Assembly: GCA_951406725.2 (NCBI GenBank)
Contig: OX597822.1
Location: 62,000,001-62,064,000 of the forward strand
Reading direction: 5' to 3'
Source: Octopus vulgaris
Lineage: Eukaryota
DNA: 64,000 nucleotides
Part shown: positions 42,215-53,025 of the stretch, in pieces
Layout: each line of letters opens with the position of its first letter
How positions within the stretch are numbered: the stretch's first letter is position 1
The notes under the pieces: generated by a model
The model's database searches: none
What the model was told of the DNA's origin: nothing
Seen by the model: the letters and a program-made list of their open reading frames with translations, nothing else
Translations under genes and position numbers: made by a program

Positions 42215-44713
42215 TAGCTTTATTTTTATAGCGTGCTTTCACTTCACTACCGAGCGCAGCTCTGTGTGCCTTGGGTATGTGCTGTGATTTGTTGTGATGC
42301 TCTGATGGTTATTGTATGGAAAGTGTTCTGCGTAGGATGTTTGCAGTGCCTAGTAGTGCAATTTTCTGTATGTTATATGTGTTTGTAAGTCCTGGTGTTT
42401 TTGTTATGTATTTGTCTGAATATTTTTTTATCATGCCTAATGCACCTACTATGATAGGAATTGTTTCTGTTTTCAGATTCCACATTCTAGTTACCTCTAT
42501 TTCCAGGTCTTTGTATTTTGAGAGTTTCTCCATTTCTTTTAGAGACACGTTGTCATCAGCCGGTATTGATACATCAATTAGAAAGCATTTTTTTCTTCAT
42601 GGTCTCTGACAACTATATCTGGTCTGTTGGCCTTAATTTCTCTATCTGTGTGTATCGGCATATCCCAGAGTATGGTTGCTTTCTCGTTTTCTGTGACCTT
42701 TTCTGGTGTGTGCCTATACCATCTTTTTTTCTGTTGTTATTCCATAATGTTGGCATAGCTTCCAATGTATGTAGGTTCCAACTCTGTCATGTCTGTGAAT
42801 GTATTCCTTCTTAGCCAGGACTGGGCAGCTAGAGATAATATGATTTATTGTTTCTTGTCCATCTCCACATATTCTGCAGTTACTTGTAATATTTCTTTTC
42901 ATTACATGTTTTTGGTAATTTCTGGTGGGGAGGCTTTGGTCTTGTGCTGCAATTAAAAATCCCTCTGTTTCTGCTTTGAGTCCTGAGTTTCTCAGCCATT
43001 GCTGGGATTTTTCTTTGTCTATTTCTTTTGCGTTTAGTTTAGTCCAGTATTCACCATGAAGGGGCTTTTCTTGCCATCGTTTTATCATGGTTCGTTGCTG
43101 TTCTATTTTTAGTTTGGATTTCATTTGTTTTATAGCTTTTGTTGTTTCTTCATCTTCTTCTTCTTCTTCTTCTTCATGTTTATTAGGTGGTATGATTTCT
43201 TGTTTGTATTTGTCAGCTTCCTTAAATACTGAGAACAGTTTTTTGTTTTGCTCGTGTTTTGCCGCTATCTGGATCAGTTTTCCTTCCTTCTGAAGTAGAT
43301 ATTTTTGCAGTCCTATGGTGGTTATTTTATAGTAGGTTTCCAGCTGTATAAGGCCTCTACCACCTTCTATACATTGTATATATAGTCTTTCTATGTCAGA
43401 TTTTGGGTGATGCATCCTAGATCCTGTCATTATTTTTCTTGTTTTCCTATCTATTTTGGTCAGTTCACTTCGTGTCCAGTTAAGGATATTGTAGCTGTAA
43501 CTTATAACTGGGACAGCTAAAGTGTTGATACCTATTATCTTATTTTTAGCATTGAGCTCTGTGTTTAGTATTGATCTAACTCGTCTATAGTATTCTTTTT
43601 TTATTTTCTCTTTCATTTGTGTGTGTTGTGTCTTATCTAGTTCATGGATTCCTAAGTATTTGTAAGTTTGGCTTTGGTCTAATTCTTTTATTTCATTGGT
43701 TTTATCTAGTGTGATGTTGTTACTCTTAACTAGTTTTCCTCTTTTCATGGTTACTTTGGCGCATTTTTCTAATCCAAATTTCATATCTATTTCTTTGGTA
43801 AATCCATGAACTGTCTTTAATAGTGTTTCCAGCTGTTTGTCATTTGCAGCGTGTAGTTTTAGGTCATCCATATATAAAAGGTGGCTGATCGTTTTGCCGT
43901 AACATTTATATCCGCATCCAGTTCTATTTAGCATATCAGATAGAGGTGACAGTGCCAAGCAAAAAGGAGTGGAGAGAGCGTGTCTCCCTGGAATATTCCT
44001 CTTCTAATGGGGATGGCTTTGGTTTTCATGAGTCCCTCTTTTGTTTGGAGGTGTAGGACTGTTTGCCATTTATTCATAGAGTGCTCTATGAATTTTATGA
44101 TTGTTGGTGCTACTTTGTTAATGGCTAGTGTTTCGAGGATCCATGTGTGGGGGATGCTATCAAACGCCTTTTTGTAGTCAATCCAAGCCATACTGAGGCC
44201 TTTCTTCTTTCTGTGGCTGTCTTCAGTTATGGCTTTATTAATCATTAATTGATCTTTACAGCCATATGAGCCTTTGCGGCATCATTTCTGCTCTTCTGGG
44301 AACAGTTTGTTTTCGTCCAGGTGCTTGTTCAGCCTTTGTGATATCACTGCAGTAAATGCCTTGAACATAGTAGGGAGGCAGGTTATTGGTCTGTAGTTTT
44401 CTGGTTTTTCCTTTTCATTTGATTTGGGAATTAAGATGGTTTTCCCCTTCGTGAGCCATTCAGGCATTGTCTCTGGCTCTGCTAGTACGTTGTTAAAGTT
44501 TTCAGCCAGCTTTTTGTGCATTCCTGTTAGATATTTCAACCAGAAGTTGGGGATCTTGTCATGCCCAGGTGCCTTCCAGTTGCTTAGTCTTTGCAGTACC
44601 TGGGTGACCTCTTCAGTTGTTATGGGGGTCCAAAGTTGTTCAGATGCCGAGTTTGTTATTTTGATACTCCTTTTTTTTTTTGGTGGTTCGTTCGCCGACC
44701 ATATTTCTCTCCA
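42212..44713 (-). mobile_element. R4/Dong-like LINE (RT + CCHC + restriction-like endonuclease), 5'-truncated, in (TAA)n
   Basis: YRPITCL, WIDYKKAFDS, GIFQGD, LYMDD, CRIC..ETINHIISSC, RHD, RPDIV and KLSKYKDL motifs; (TTA)n on both flanks. Confidence 0.92.
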
Positions 44714-44751
<38 letters not shown>

Positions 44752-44904
44752 CATCCTCATCATCATCATATTTTTGTTTTGTTTGTTTTATGAATTTAGA
44801 ATTGATTTGATCATGTATCCCAGGTGAAGAATAAATTATACTTAGAATAACAAATTTCTATACAACATATTTTGCTTTTTTCTTTTAATATATAAGGTAC
44901 GGTT

Positions 44905-44938
44905 TCATTCCCGAGCAACGCCAGGTGCCTCTACTAGT
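44905..44938 (+). mobile_element. Helitron 3' end
   Basis: CCCGAGCAACGCCAGG hairpin then CTAGT, as in the Helitron at 34969. Confidence 0.5.
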
Positions 44939-44960
44939 ATGTACATATATGCATATTCAT

Positions 44961-45049
<89 letters not shown>

Positions 45050-45105
45050 ACTATAGATTTATGTATGTATATATAGACACACACACAAACATTTATACAT
45101 ATATA

Positions 45106-45321
45106 CGATTAGGTGATGTAAAATTCCTGGCTTTAAGGGTGTAACGAAAAACCTGGTTGAAGGATCAACCTTCCAAATTCTTTTACAGAGCTTAGAAAAC
45201 TGAAAGACCGCTGCAACAAGTGTGTGAATCTGAAAGGGAAATATGCTGAATAAAATCATAATTAACTGATCCTCCTGAATTTTCTTTTACCCAAAGCCAA
45301 GGACTTTTCAGCACTCCCTCG
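45106..45321. mobile_element. Mariner-derived MITE
   Basis: Degenerate TIRs CGA..AAAATTCCTGGCTTT / AAAGCCAAGGACTTTTCAGCACTCCCTCG; TA on both sides. Confidence 0.65.
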
Positions 45322-45541
45322 TATATATGTCCAAATATAATCATATGTATGCGTAAATAATTACATGTATATTTATATATACGTATAGACATGTATAGAC
45401 ATACATATAAACGTATATATGCATACATATATCCAAATACATGCACACACATCTATGCATGCACTACCTCCAAATATGTGCATGTGTGTGTGGAGGGTGT
45501 ATAAAGAAAAAATGGAAAAAATAAGTACAAAATGGAAATTT

Positions 45542-45798
45542 GGAAGTTAATAATTGTTTTTTTATTAACAGCAAATTGGTCATCTTCACTTACAGCCGTT
45601 TCAATTAATTCTCAAATTCAGTCTGCTAAAATGAATTCATAAGCACTCATATAACATCCAAATGGACATCTTTTTCCCTCTGATGATAGTGTGCTCTTGT
45701 CACATTAAGGTAAATTCTATGTTTATTGAGTATTAATTGAATCGGCTATTAGTGAAGATGACCAATTTGCTGTTAATAATAAACAATTATTAACTTCC
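45542..45798. repeat. Inverted repeat with arms of about 73 bp, made of hammerhead 3' halves; degenerate full hammerhead on the plus strand at 45674-45756
   Basis: Left arm (minus strand) GAAACGGCTGTAAGTGAAG; plus strand TTCCCT-CTGATGA..GAATCGGCTATT-AGTGAA. Confidence 0.65.
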
Positions 45799-46333
45799 TT
45801 ATCACCATTTTCTTTTCTTCTTTTAAATGAATATAAACTGTATGTTTTTACATATACCTATTATTTTTAGGAAATTCATTCTCCCAAAATACTAGGAATT
45901 GAACTAGTATTTCCTTGGATGAAATCATCCCTTCATGAAGTTTACATACACTCTAATTAAATTTACATATTTATTATATAAAATCCGTTCTGTCTGTCTA
46001 TCTGTGTGTCTTCTAGGATCTCGAGCATCCTCCATTCGATTGCGCTAAAATTTGATATGTAGATACAAAAATGTAGATATGTAGATACAAAAATCGATTC
46101 CAGGTGAGAATGCGATCGATAAAGCCGTGGGAACGTGCATTTGTAAAATCCTTTTTCTTGGAATAGAAAAAAGTCTATCTTTATTTCTTCTTTTGCTGGT
46201 GTCTCAAATTTAGGTTAAATCAGTGTTTCTCAAAGGGGAGGCCTATGGGACGGTAGGACAATTTGTTTTGAGAAAATTTGGTTTAAATGTTTGACAACTC
46301 AGCACTGTCCATTGGATGGGGGGCGTTTTGCTC

Positions 46334-46386
<53 letters not shown>

Positions 46387-46394
46387 TACACATA

Positions 46395-47938
46395 CTGTAG
46401 CGCCCATAATATAAGGGTCATTATAAACAAATGTATTGAAATATTTATTATAGAAGATTAACAAAACTTTGAGAGACTAGATTTTTTTACACATATTTAG
46501 ATATATCTAAATATATCTTTCGTGAATATTTCAAGGGAATGGAATAAATACTTCGTAAGTTATGAGGAAATAAACAAATAATCTTCAAAACTGCAACGGC
46601 CAAACGTTAAGGGTCACTTAGAAAAACAATGAAAACTGGAACAAGCACAAAAAGGAAACCCTTACTATTAATATTTTGTGAACATCCCTTTACTATCAAT
46701 AACCTCCTGACATCTGTTACCACAAGACAGAATTAATTTCTTGTTCCATTCGTTTTTCAATAATTTCCAGAGAGCATCTTAGTTCTTTGGATTTCTTCTT
46801 CGAGTCCCGTCTCCAATAATCTTCCAAATGTTTTCTGTAGGGTTGAGATCGGGACTTCGAGGTGGCCAGTCCATGAGATCAATCAACTCCCTCATCCCTC
46901 ATGAAAATCTTTGACTCTCTTCGCAGTGTGACAGGGATCGTTGTCCTGCTCGTTGAACTGACGAGGTTCGGAGATGTGGAATGGCATGCTGTCTAAGAAT
47001 CTGCTTGTGGATTTCAGCATTGACAGTCCCTTGTAGGTGAATAAGTGGACCAGGACCAGCAGCAGAGATCAATCCCCATACCATTACACTGCCTCCTCCA
47101 TATTTCACTGTCCTCTTCACACAAGCACGAAATAATCCGTGCATCCTGCCATCGGAACCAATCACATTAAACTTCGATTCATCGCTAAAATGAACCTGCG
47201 ACCACTGTTCTTCTGTCCAAACGACATGTTCGAGGGCGAAACGAAATCAGGCTCTTTGATTCAAAGGTTTCTTTGCCGGTGCCCGAGCAAGCAACCCAGA
47301 ACATCGTAACCTCCGAGAAACTGTTTTGCGTGATACGTTAACATCGGAAGTGGAGCTAAACTCGCATGATATCTCAGCAGCACTTTTAAACCTATCTTTC
47401 AGTGACATTATAACCATTAGATCCTGTCTTGGTGATGACTTAAAACGAGCTACAATCCGTTGCACAACACTTCTAGACCTTCCTACAGTAGTTGCTATCA
47501 AAGAATTTGACTTGCCCTCTTGGTGAAGGCACACAATCTTTCGTTTTTCATCACAGGATACCGGTTGTCTCTCACAAACCGCCATGTTTACAATTGAATG
47601 TTCCAATAATGTAAGATCATAAGAAGTAACTGTTAGCCCGTAACTATTAGCCTATAAGTGTTAGCCCATTGCAGTCTTCTAAACAACAAATACCTCGGTT
47701 AGTAGTTCATTTTTCCTAAGTGACCCATAACTTATGGCCGCTGCAATTTGGAAGATTGTTTTATTTCCTCATAACTTACGAAATATTTATTTCATTCGCT
47801 TGAAATTTTCACAAAAGATAGATATTAGATATATCTAAATATGTGTAAAAAAATCTAGTCTCAATGTGTTGTTAATCTTCTATAATAATTTTCAATATAC
47901 CTGTTTTTACTGATCCTTATATTATGGCTGCTGCTCTG
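46395..47938 (-). mobile_element. Tc1 transposon with IR/DR terminal repeats of about 240 bp, decayed
   Basis: TIRs at 46395-46635 and 47705-47938 with internal direct repeats ..TAAGGGTCA; transposase motifs FSDESKFN, TVKYGGGSVMVWG, QDNDPCH and PDLNPTENIW. Confidence 0.92.
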
Positions 47939-48650
47939 TGGGTGTGTATGAAATTCAAATTACGATATATGTAAACAAAGTTTGCTTTTTTAAAAGCATT
48001 GAGGTGTATTGAAAATAAACAGATATGGAAATAATTTATTCCCAAACGCAGATTAATGCTGAATAGCAGCATAAATAGGATAGAACATTTTTAGAATAGG
48101 ATAGAATATTTTTTAGTGGTTTTCACATTTTTTTTATTTATTATCTATTTATATGTTGTACTTGTATATTATTATTTGGTTAGAGGATATAAAAATTGAA
48201 AAGATTTTGTCTATTTATGTGGATTATTACTTGGTTAGAGAATATAATAAAAGTGAAAGAATTTTGTCTATTTATTTATTTTGACTGTCCACCAGCGACA
48301 GTGATTAAATTGACACCACGCGACGAATATCCAATACCAAACTATCTCAATCTCCATATTTAAACTGCATTAAACTTTGACAAGCTTACCTTTACCTATT
48401 CTAGAGTTACTTGAAAGGTGATGTTCCCTTCCTTCTCTTCTATTTACTCTTTTACTTGTTTCAGTCATTTGACTGCGGCCATGCTGGAGCACCGCCTTTA
48501 ATCGAGCAACTCGACCCCGGGTTGTAAGCCCAGTACTTATTCTATCGGTCTCTTTTGCCGAACCGCTAAATAACGGGGACATAAACACACCAGCATCGGT
48601 TGTCAAGCAATGCTAGGGGAACAAACACAGACACACAAACACACACACGC

Positions 48651-48681
<31 letters not shown>

Positions 48682-48824
48682 TACGACGGGCTTCTTTCAG
48701 TTTCCATCTACCAAATCCACTCACAAGGCTTTGGTCGGCCCGAGGCTATAGTAGAAGACACTTGCCCAAGGTGCTACGCAGTGGGACTGAACCTGGAACC
48801 ATGTGGTTGGTAAACAAGCTACTT

Positions 48825-51026
48825 TATTTCAAAACATTTGCCATAAAGGCAGTACACAGATTAAGTTAGCTTTGCGGGCTGGACGAGGACATTAATGAAG
48901 TGAATGATAATGAAAGAAAGATGATAAGGATGGGAGAAGACAGAAAGCGCCCGCCGACTTTTGCTTCTCTAAAACATTGTTCTTTTTAAAAAGATAAACA
49001 CAAAACGAGGTATAAAACCTCTTACAATTTTTCCCAATTTTTGGGCTTAGCAGTCCATTATTAATACAAAACGAGGTATTAATCCTCTTACAATTTTTCA
49101 ATTTTTGGACTTAAGTCCATTACTAATAATACATATCGTCCTCGAAATAGCTTGTGCCCGCGCCCTCCACCATCAACCACGCCTCCCTCAGAACGTAGTC
49201 AAGTTCCGAGTTCGCGTCGCCCGGGACCAAGTTATAATCTTCGTTGAGCTCCTTTAGCCCTAGCGTCACGTCGAACGCCACGGCCTCCACAGCTACCTGC
49301 GGAGGCCATTCGGGGTCCTGTGTGAAGGCTAAAGGTGCTCCCTTGTAGTGCTCTTCCATCACTTTTTCAATTTCTCCTCCTCTATAGAAGAGGACCAACA
49401 CATTTAGTTCTTTCGTTGGCGGCACAGTTTCCGCCAACGGTATTCCTTCTCTTGTCGGTGGCACAACCCCAACCGACGTAGTTCCGCGACATTCCGGTGC
49501 TACACTGACAGCCGGTAATGTCCCGTTTTTCTTCCTCTTTTTCTTTTTTTTTCCCTTTTCAACTGAGGGAGGGTGCGTCTCCTCCGTGGCTGGAAGATTC
49601 GCCTTCCTCTCCTCATCCCTATTATCCTTTGGTGAGCACCCATTGTTGCTCACCTTCCTCTTTCGGCCTCTGTTTGAGGAGTCCTCTGCTTTCTCGGCCG
49701 TTATCGTTCCCTCTTCTAGAGGGGTTTTACTTAACTGTTCCGGGATCCTATTTTGTTCCCGAGGACAGTTCTTCTTTATGTGGCCGGACTCCAAGCACCG
49801 ATGACACTTAGGGGGGCGACCCTCAAGCATCACCGGGTACCTGCACCCGGCCATTTTCAAAAAATCTGGAAGAACCAGATTGGCTGATTGTGTCCACAGA
49901 GTCAAAATTGCTTTCGACCCAACCCAAGCAGCCGCAGGAAGAACTTTTACATTGAGGAGCTTAGTTTCGCTGTCACCCAGACCCCGGCGGATAGTCTCCT
50001 CTATCCACTCGGGTTCTATGTCGGGTGGCAGTCCGCAGATCCAAGCTTTCATCAATTTCTTTTTTTTGTACGTGGGCAGGAATAAGATTTCCTTACCCTC
50101 CAAGGGTTTGCTAGCAAATATGCAAGCCTCTTCAGGGGTGTCAAATAGCAACCACACCGTTGCATATTTGACACCCCTGGAAATGAATTTAATTGTTGGC
50201 AAATACTCTTCCAACTCCTCCTCAATTGCCGTCTTTTCGAATAGGGCGATGGTGTCAAGTGCCTTGGAGTAGGTTCTCAACACCACCGTCCTATCTTCAC
50301 GGTCTTTTAACCACTTTTTGGGTGGTATGATTTCCCACTCCAAAATTTTGTTATTTTTCATTGCCATGTTTTTTTAAAAATATATTCAAATTAAACTCAA
50401 AAGCAGGAAGAAAAAAGTTCAAAAGTCTAAATAAAATTTGATAGATTTTTGAAAAAACAAAAAGGAGAAAGTACAACAGAAGGGAAGAAATTAACGGAAA
50501 GTCGCAATAAAGAAAAAAAACAAAAAGGGGGGGGGGTTAAATGAAGTTCAAAAGAAAGTTAATAAACAGAAAAAACACAGCAAAAATATTCTGGCCTTGC
50601 GGTACTCCCGGCCTGGGTTGAACCTGGAACGCCGCAACTGCAACACAACCTCCACAAAAATGGGTCCGAAAGGTAATCCAATAGTGGCTTATTTTTATAA
50701 TTTTCTTGCGAAGTAGTAAAACACAAGCAAACAAATTAATTTTTGCGGAGGGGCTACGCCTCCTCAAAAAGCACAATTCTCACTAAAGAGTGAGACCTTA
50801 GACACGACAACAGGCAGAGAACTATATCTGAAGTAAAGTGAAGTCTATTACCCGCAAAAAAATATTAATGCTAGATAACGTTAACTGCTAAATAACATTA
50901 AGCAAGCAATAAACTTCACTATGCTTCTAAAAATACAGAACGTCTTACCTGTCACCGAGTCAAAAGTTCAACATTTCACGTTCAAACACGTGACATTTGC
51001 AGGAGCAAAAAACAACACGTCTGTCT
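48825..51026 (-). mobile_element. ORF1-only non-autonomous L1/Tx1 derivative (HAL1-like), apparently complete
   Basis: TSD GGTAAACAAGCTACTT (48809-24) / GGTAAG-AAGCTACTT (51027-41); single ORF; ends TGCC-TTTAT-GGCA..AATAAA; 66-bp tandem duplication at 49000-49125. Confidence 0.8.
49123..50367 (-). CDS. Tx1/L1-type ORF1 (gag-like) protein with CCHC zinc knuckle, 414 aa, intact
   Basis: ATG-to-stop ORF; CHRCLESGHIKKNC; similar to the Tx1 ORF1 remnant near 18000 and to 58603-59135. Confidence 0.82.
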   Translation of the reverse strand: MAMKNNKILEWEIIPPKKWLKDREDRTVVLRTYSKALDTIALFEKTAIEEELEEYLPTIKFISRGVKYATVWLLFDTPEEACIFASKPLEGKEILFLPTYKKKKLMKAWICGLPPDIEPEWIEETIRRGLGDSETKLLNVKVLPAAAWVGSKAILTLWTQSANLVLPDFLKMAGCRYPVMLEGRPPKCHRCLESGHIKKNCPREQNRIPEQLSKTPLEEGTITAEKAEDSSNRGRKRKVSNNGCSPKDNRDEERKANLPATEETHPPSVEKGKKKKKRKKNGTLPAVSVAPECRGTTSVGVVPPTREGIPLAETVPPTKELNVLVLFYRGGEIEKVMEEHYKGAPLAFTQDPEWPPQVAVEAVAFDVTLGLKELNEDYNLVPGDANSELDYVLREAWLMVEGAGTSYFEDDMYY

Positions 51027-52050
51027 GGTAAGAAGCTACTTACCACACAGCCACTCCTGCGCCTATTTGTTGATACCTTTGTTTACCTACCAATGCGTTG
51101 TTTCACTTTAAGGAAGTTTATTTACCCATCCATTATGATATTTCGAACTCGACATCTTTTGACTGCGAACTGCTAAAGATTCAAAGCAGTATTCGTGAAC
51201 TGAAGTCAAACTCTTCATGTCTTCATTTTCCGTTACCTGAAGTCAATTTCAGAGTGGCCGTACACTATAAGCACATAGCAAATACATTCTTTTAACTCTA
51301 CTTTTTCAACTAGGTATTATATAGCCATTTTTGAACATACCAATCATACTTCTCCCCGAAAAAATCCTCCCTTCGCTATTGAATAAAATAAACTCGCAGA
51401 AAGGAAAGAAACTCTTACCTTTCGATTAGACACAGTGACTTGACAACGAAAAATACGATTTGTTTTTTACAGTAAATGTTTTTATTTTCGCTTTTGTTAA
51501 ACACAGTGTTTTAATCATATAGAAATATTTTAAAGTAAATATGATTTCAAAAATGTAAGCTGTTTGTACAGTAAGTATTTATATTTTAGCTTTCTTTAAA
51601 CACAATATTTTAATGGGGTTTTTTTCAAATTAATTTCAAGTGAATAAAATTACAAAAATTTTATTTGACATATTCAGAAAACATTTTAAAGTGAAAATGA
51701 CTTTTAAAATACGGTAAATATTTAGTAAAAGACCCGTTCGTAACCTCGGTGTGAAATAACTTTTTCTATAGGAGTTTTTTCGAGTGCATTCAATGTACCT
51801 CACTTCCAAGTATTTTTCTGCTATTTCTAGCACGCTCTGCAATCACGTAACAGCTATTTGCGATAAAAGACCTGAAATACCTGCTACATGGAAGCAAGGT
51901 GTGCAAAAAATAGCAACCAAATCTTTCCTTTCCTTGGGAAAGGAGTCAATTACGCATCATTTAGATGTCACATGCAGTGAAAGTATGCGCAATAACCTGG
52001 AAGAGAAAAAAACACACGAAATAAAACTCCGTTGGTGGGAAACTCAAACA

Positions 52051-52088
<38 letters not shown>

Positions 52089-52364
52089 GTAAACAGAGTC
52101 AGCGGTTATAGTAACCGACTAAGGGATAGAATATCCGTACATACTATCGGTATCCGTTACCAGTATTATCCCTGAGCATTGGTGTGCAGGCACACTAAGC
52201 ACGTGGAGTGCAGGTAACAACAGGATAAATAAGGGTTTATCAGGAACCAATGCAAATAATTAAAAAGTGGAGAAAACCATAGATTAACCAACACATCCAC
52301 TGGACCACAATTATAGCTTATTTTTTAAATACAAAGCATGACGACAAAATAGGTGACATAACTT

Positions 52365-52480
52365 AGCTTACGGCCGTTACTGATCGGATTGCCTATGTGC
52401 AGTCTATAAATAAATGCGAGAATAAAGTTCTTCATCTTCATAGAGCATTCGAATTAAGGCAAAGGATCTTCATCAGTGAC
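52365..52480 (-). ncRNA. Degenerate hammerhead with long stem II
   Basis: Minus strand: CTGATGA-A-GATC..GATC-A-GTAAC-GGCC-GTA (GAAAC mutated to GTAAC). Confidence 0.45.
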
Positions 52481-53025
52481 AAACAAGAGCATACAATGTA
52501 AACAAAAGGAAGAAGGGAAAGGAAAGAAAATATGACTTAGACAAATAGTCTAGAAGCCCAATATGTTAAGAGCAAATAATTCACCAACAGGTACTACAGG
52601 GTCGGTAGTTAAACGAGTAAGCTAGTAATGGTCTAGGGAATACTACAATTTATTAACAGGTAAGTACAATTAGGTGGGTGGTTCAGGATGTTTTAAAAAA
52701 GTGACCAAGAAACTATATATAAGGAAAATACTTATATATAGTTACTTGGTTCATGTGAATCAATATCGAAGTTCATCATACCTTAATTTATAATTTGTTA
52801 CTTCTGGAGTACTTCACTGTTATTACGAATCAGATTATACATATCAGATGTTGAGGATAAAACAATAGTAACGTCGTCCTTTAAAGCAGTGCTACTCGAA
52901 GCGGTGGTCCACAGAGCGGCACCGGTCCGCAAGCCATCAGCTACCAGTACACAGCATGTTTCCAGAAAAGAAGCATTATAAAATGCTTGTGTAATATTGT
53001 ATTGCTTGTTTACAAAATAAATATA

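Larger units (their letters stand above)
48441..51064 (-). mobile_element. SINE family A split in its tRNA head by the ORF1-only element
   Basis: Head at 51027-51064; remainder at 48441-48824. Confidence 0.9.

Noticed and set aside
49123-50367. Domesticated host gene
   Set aside because: A TSD inside a SINE and a pseudogenised sibling argue for a mobile element.
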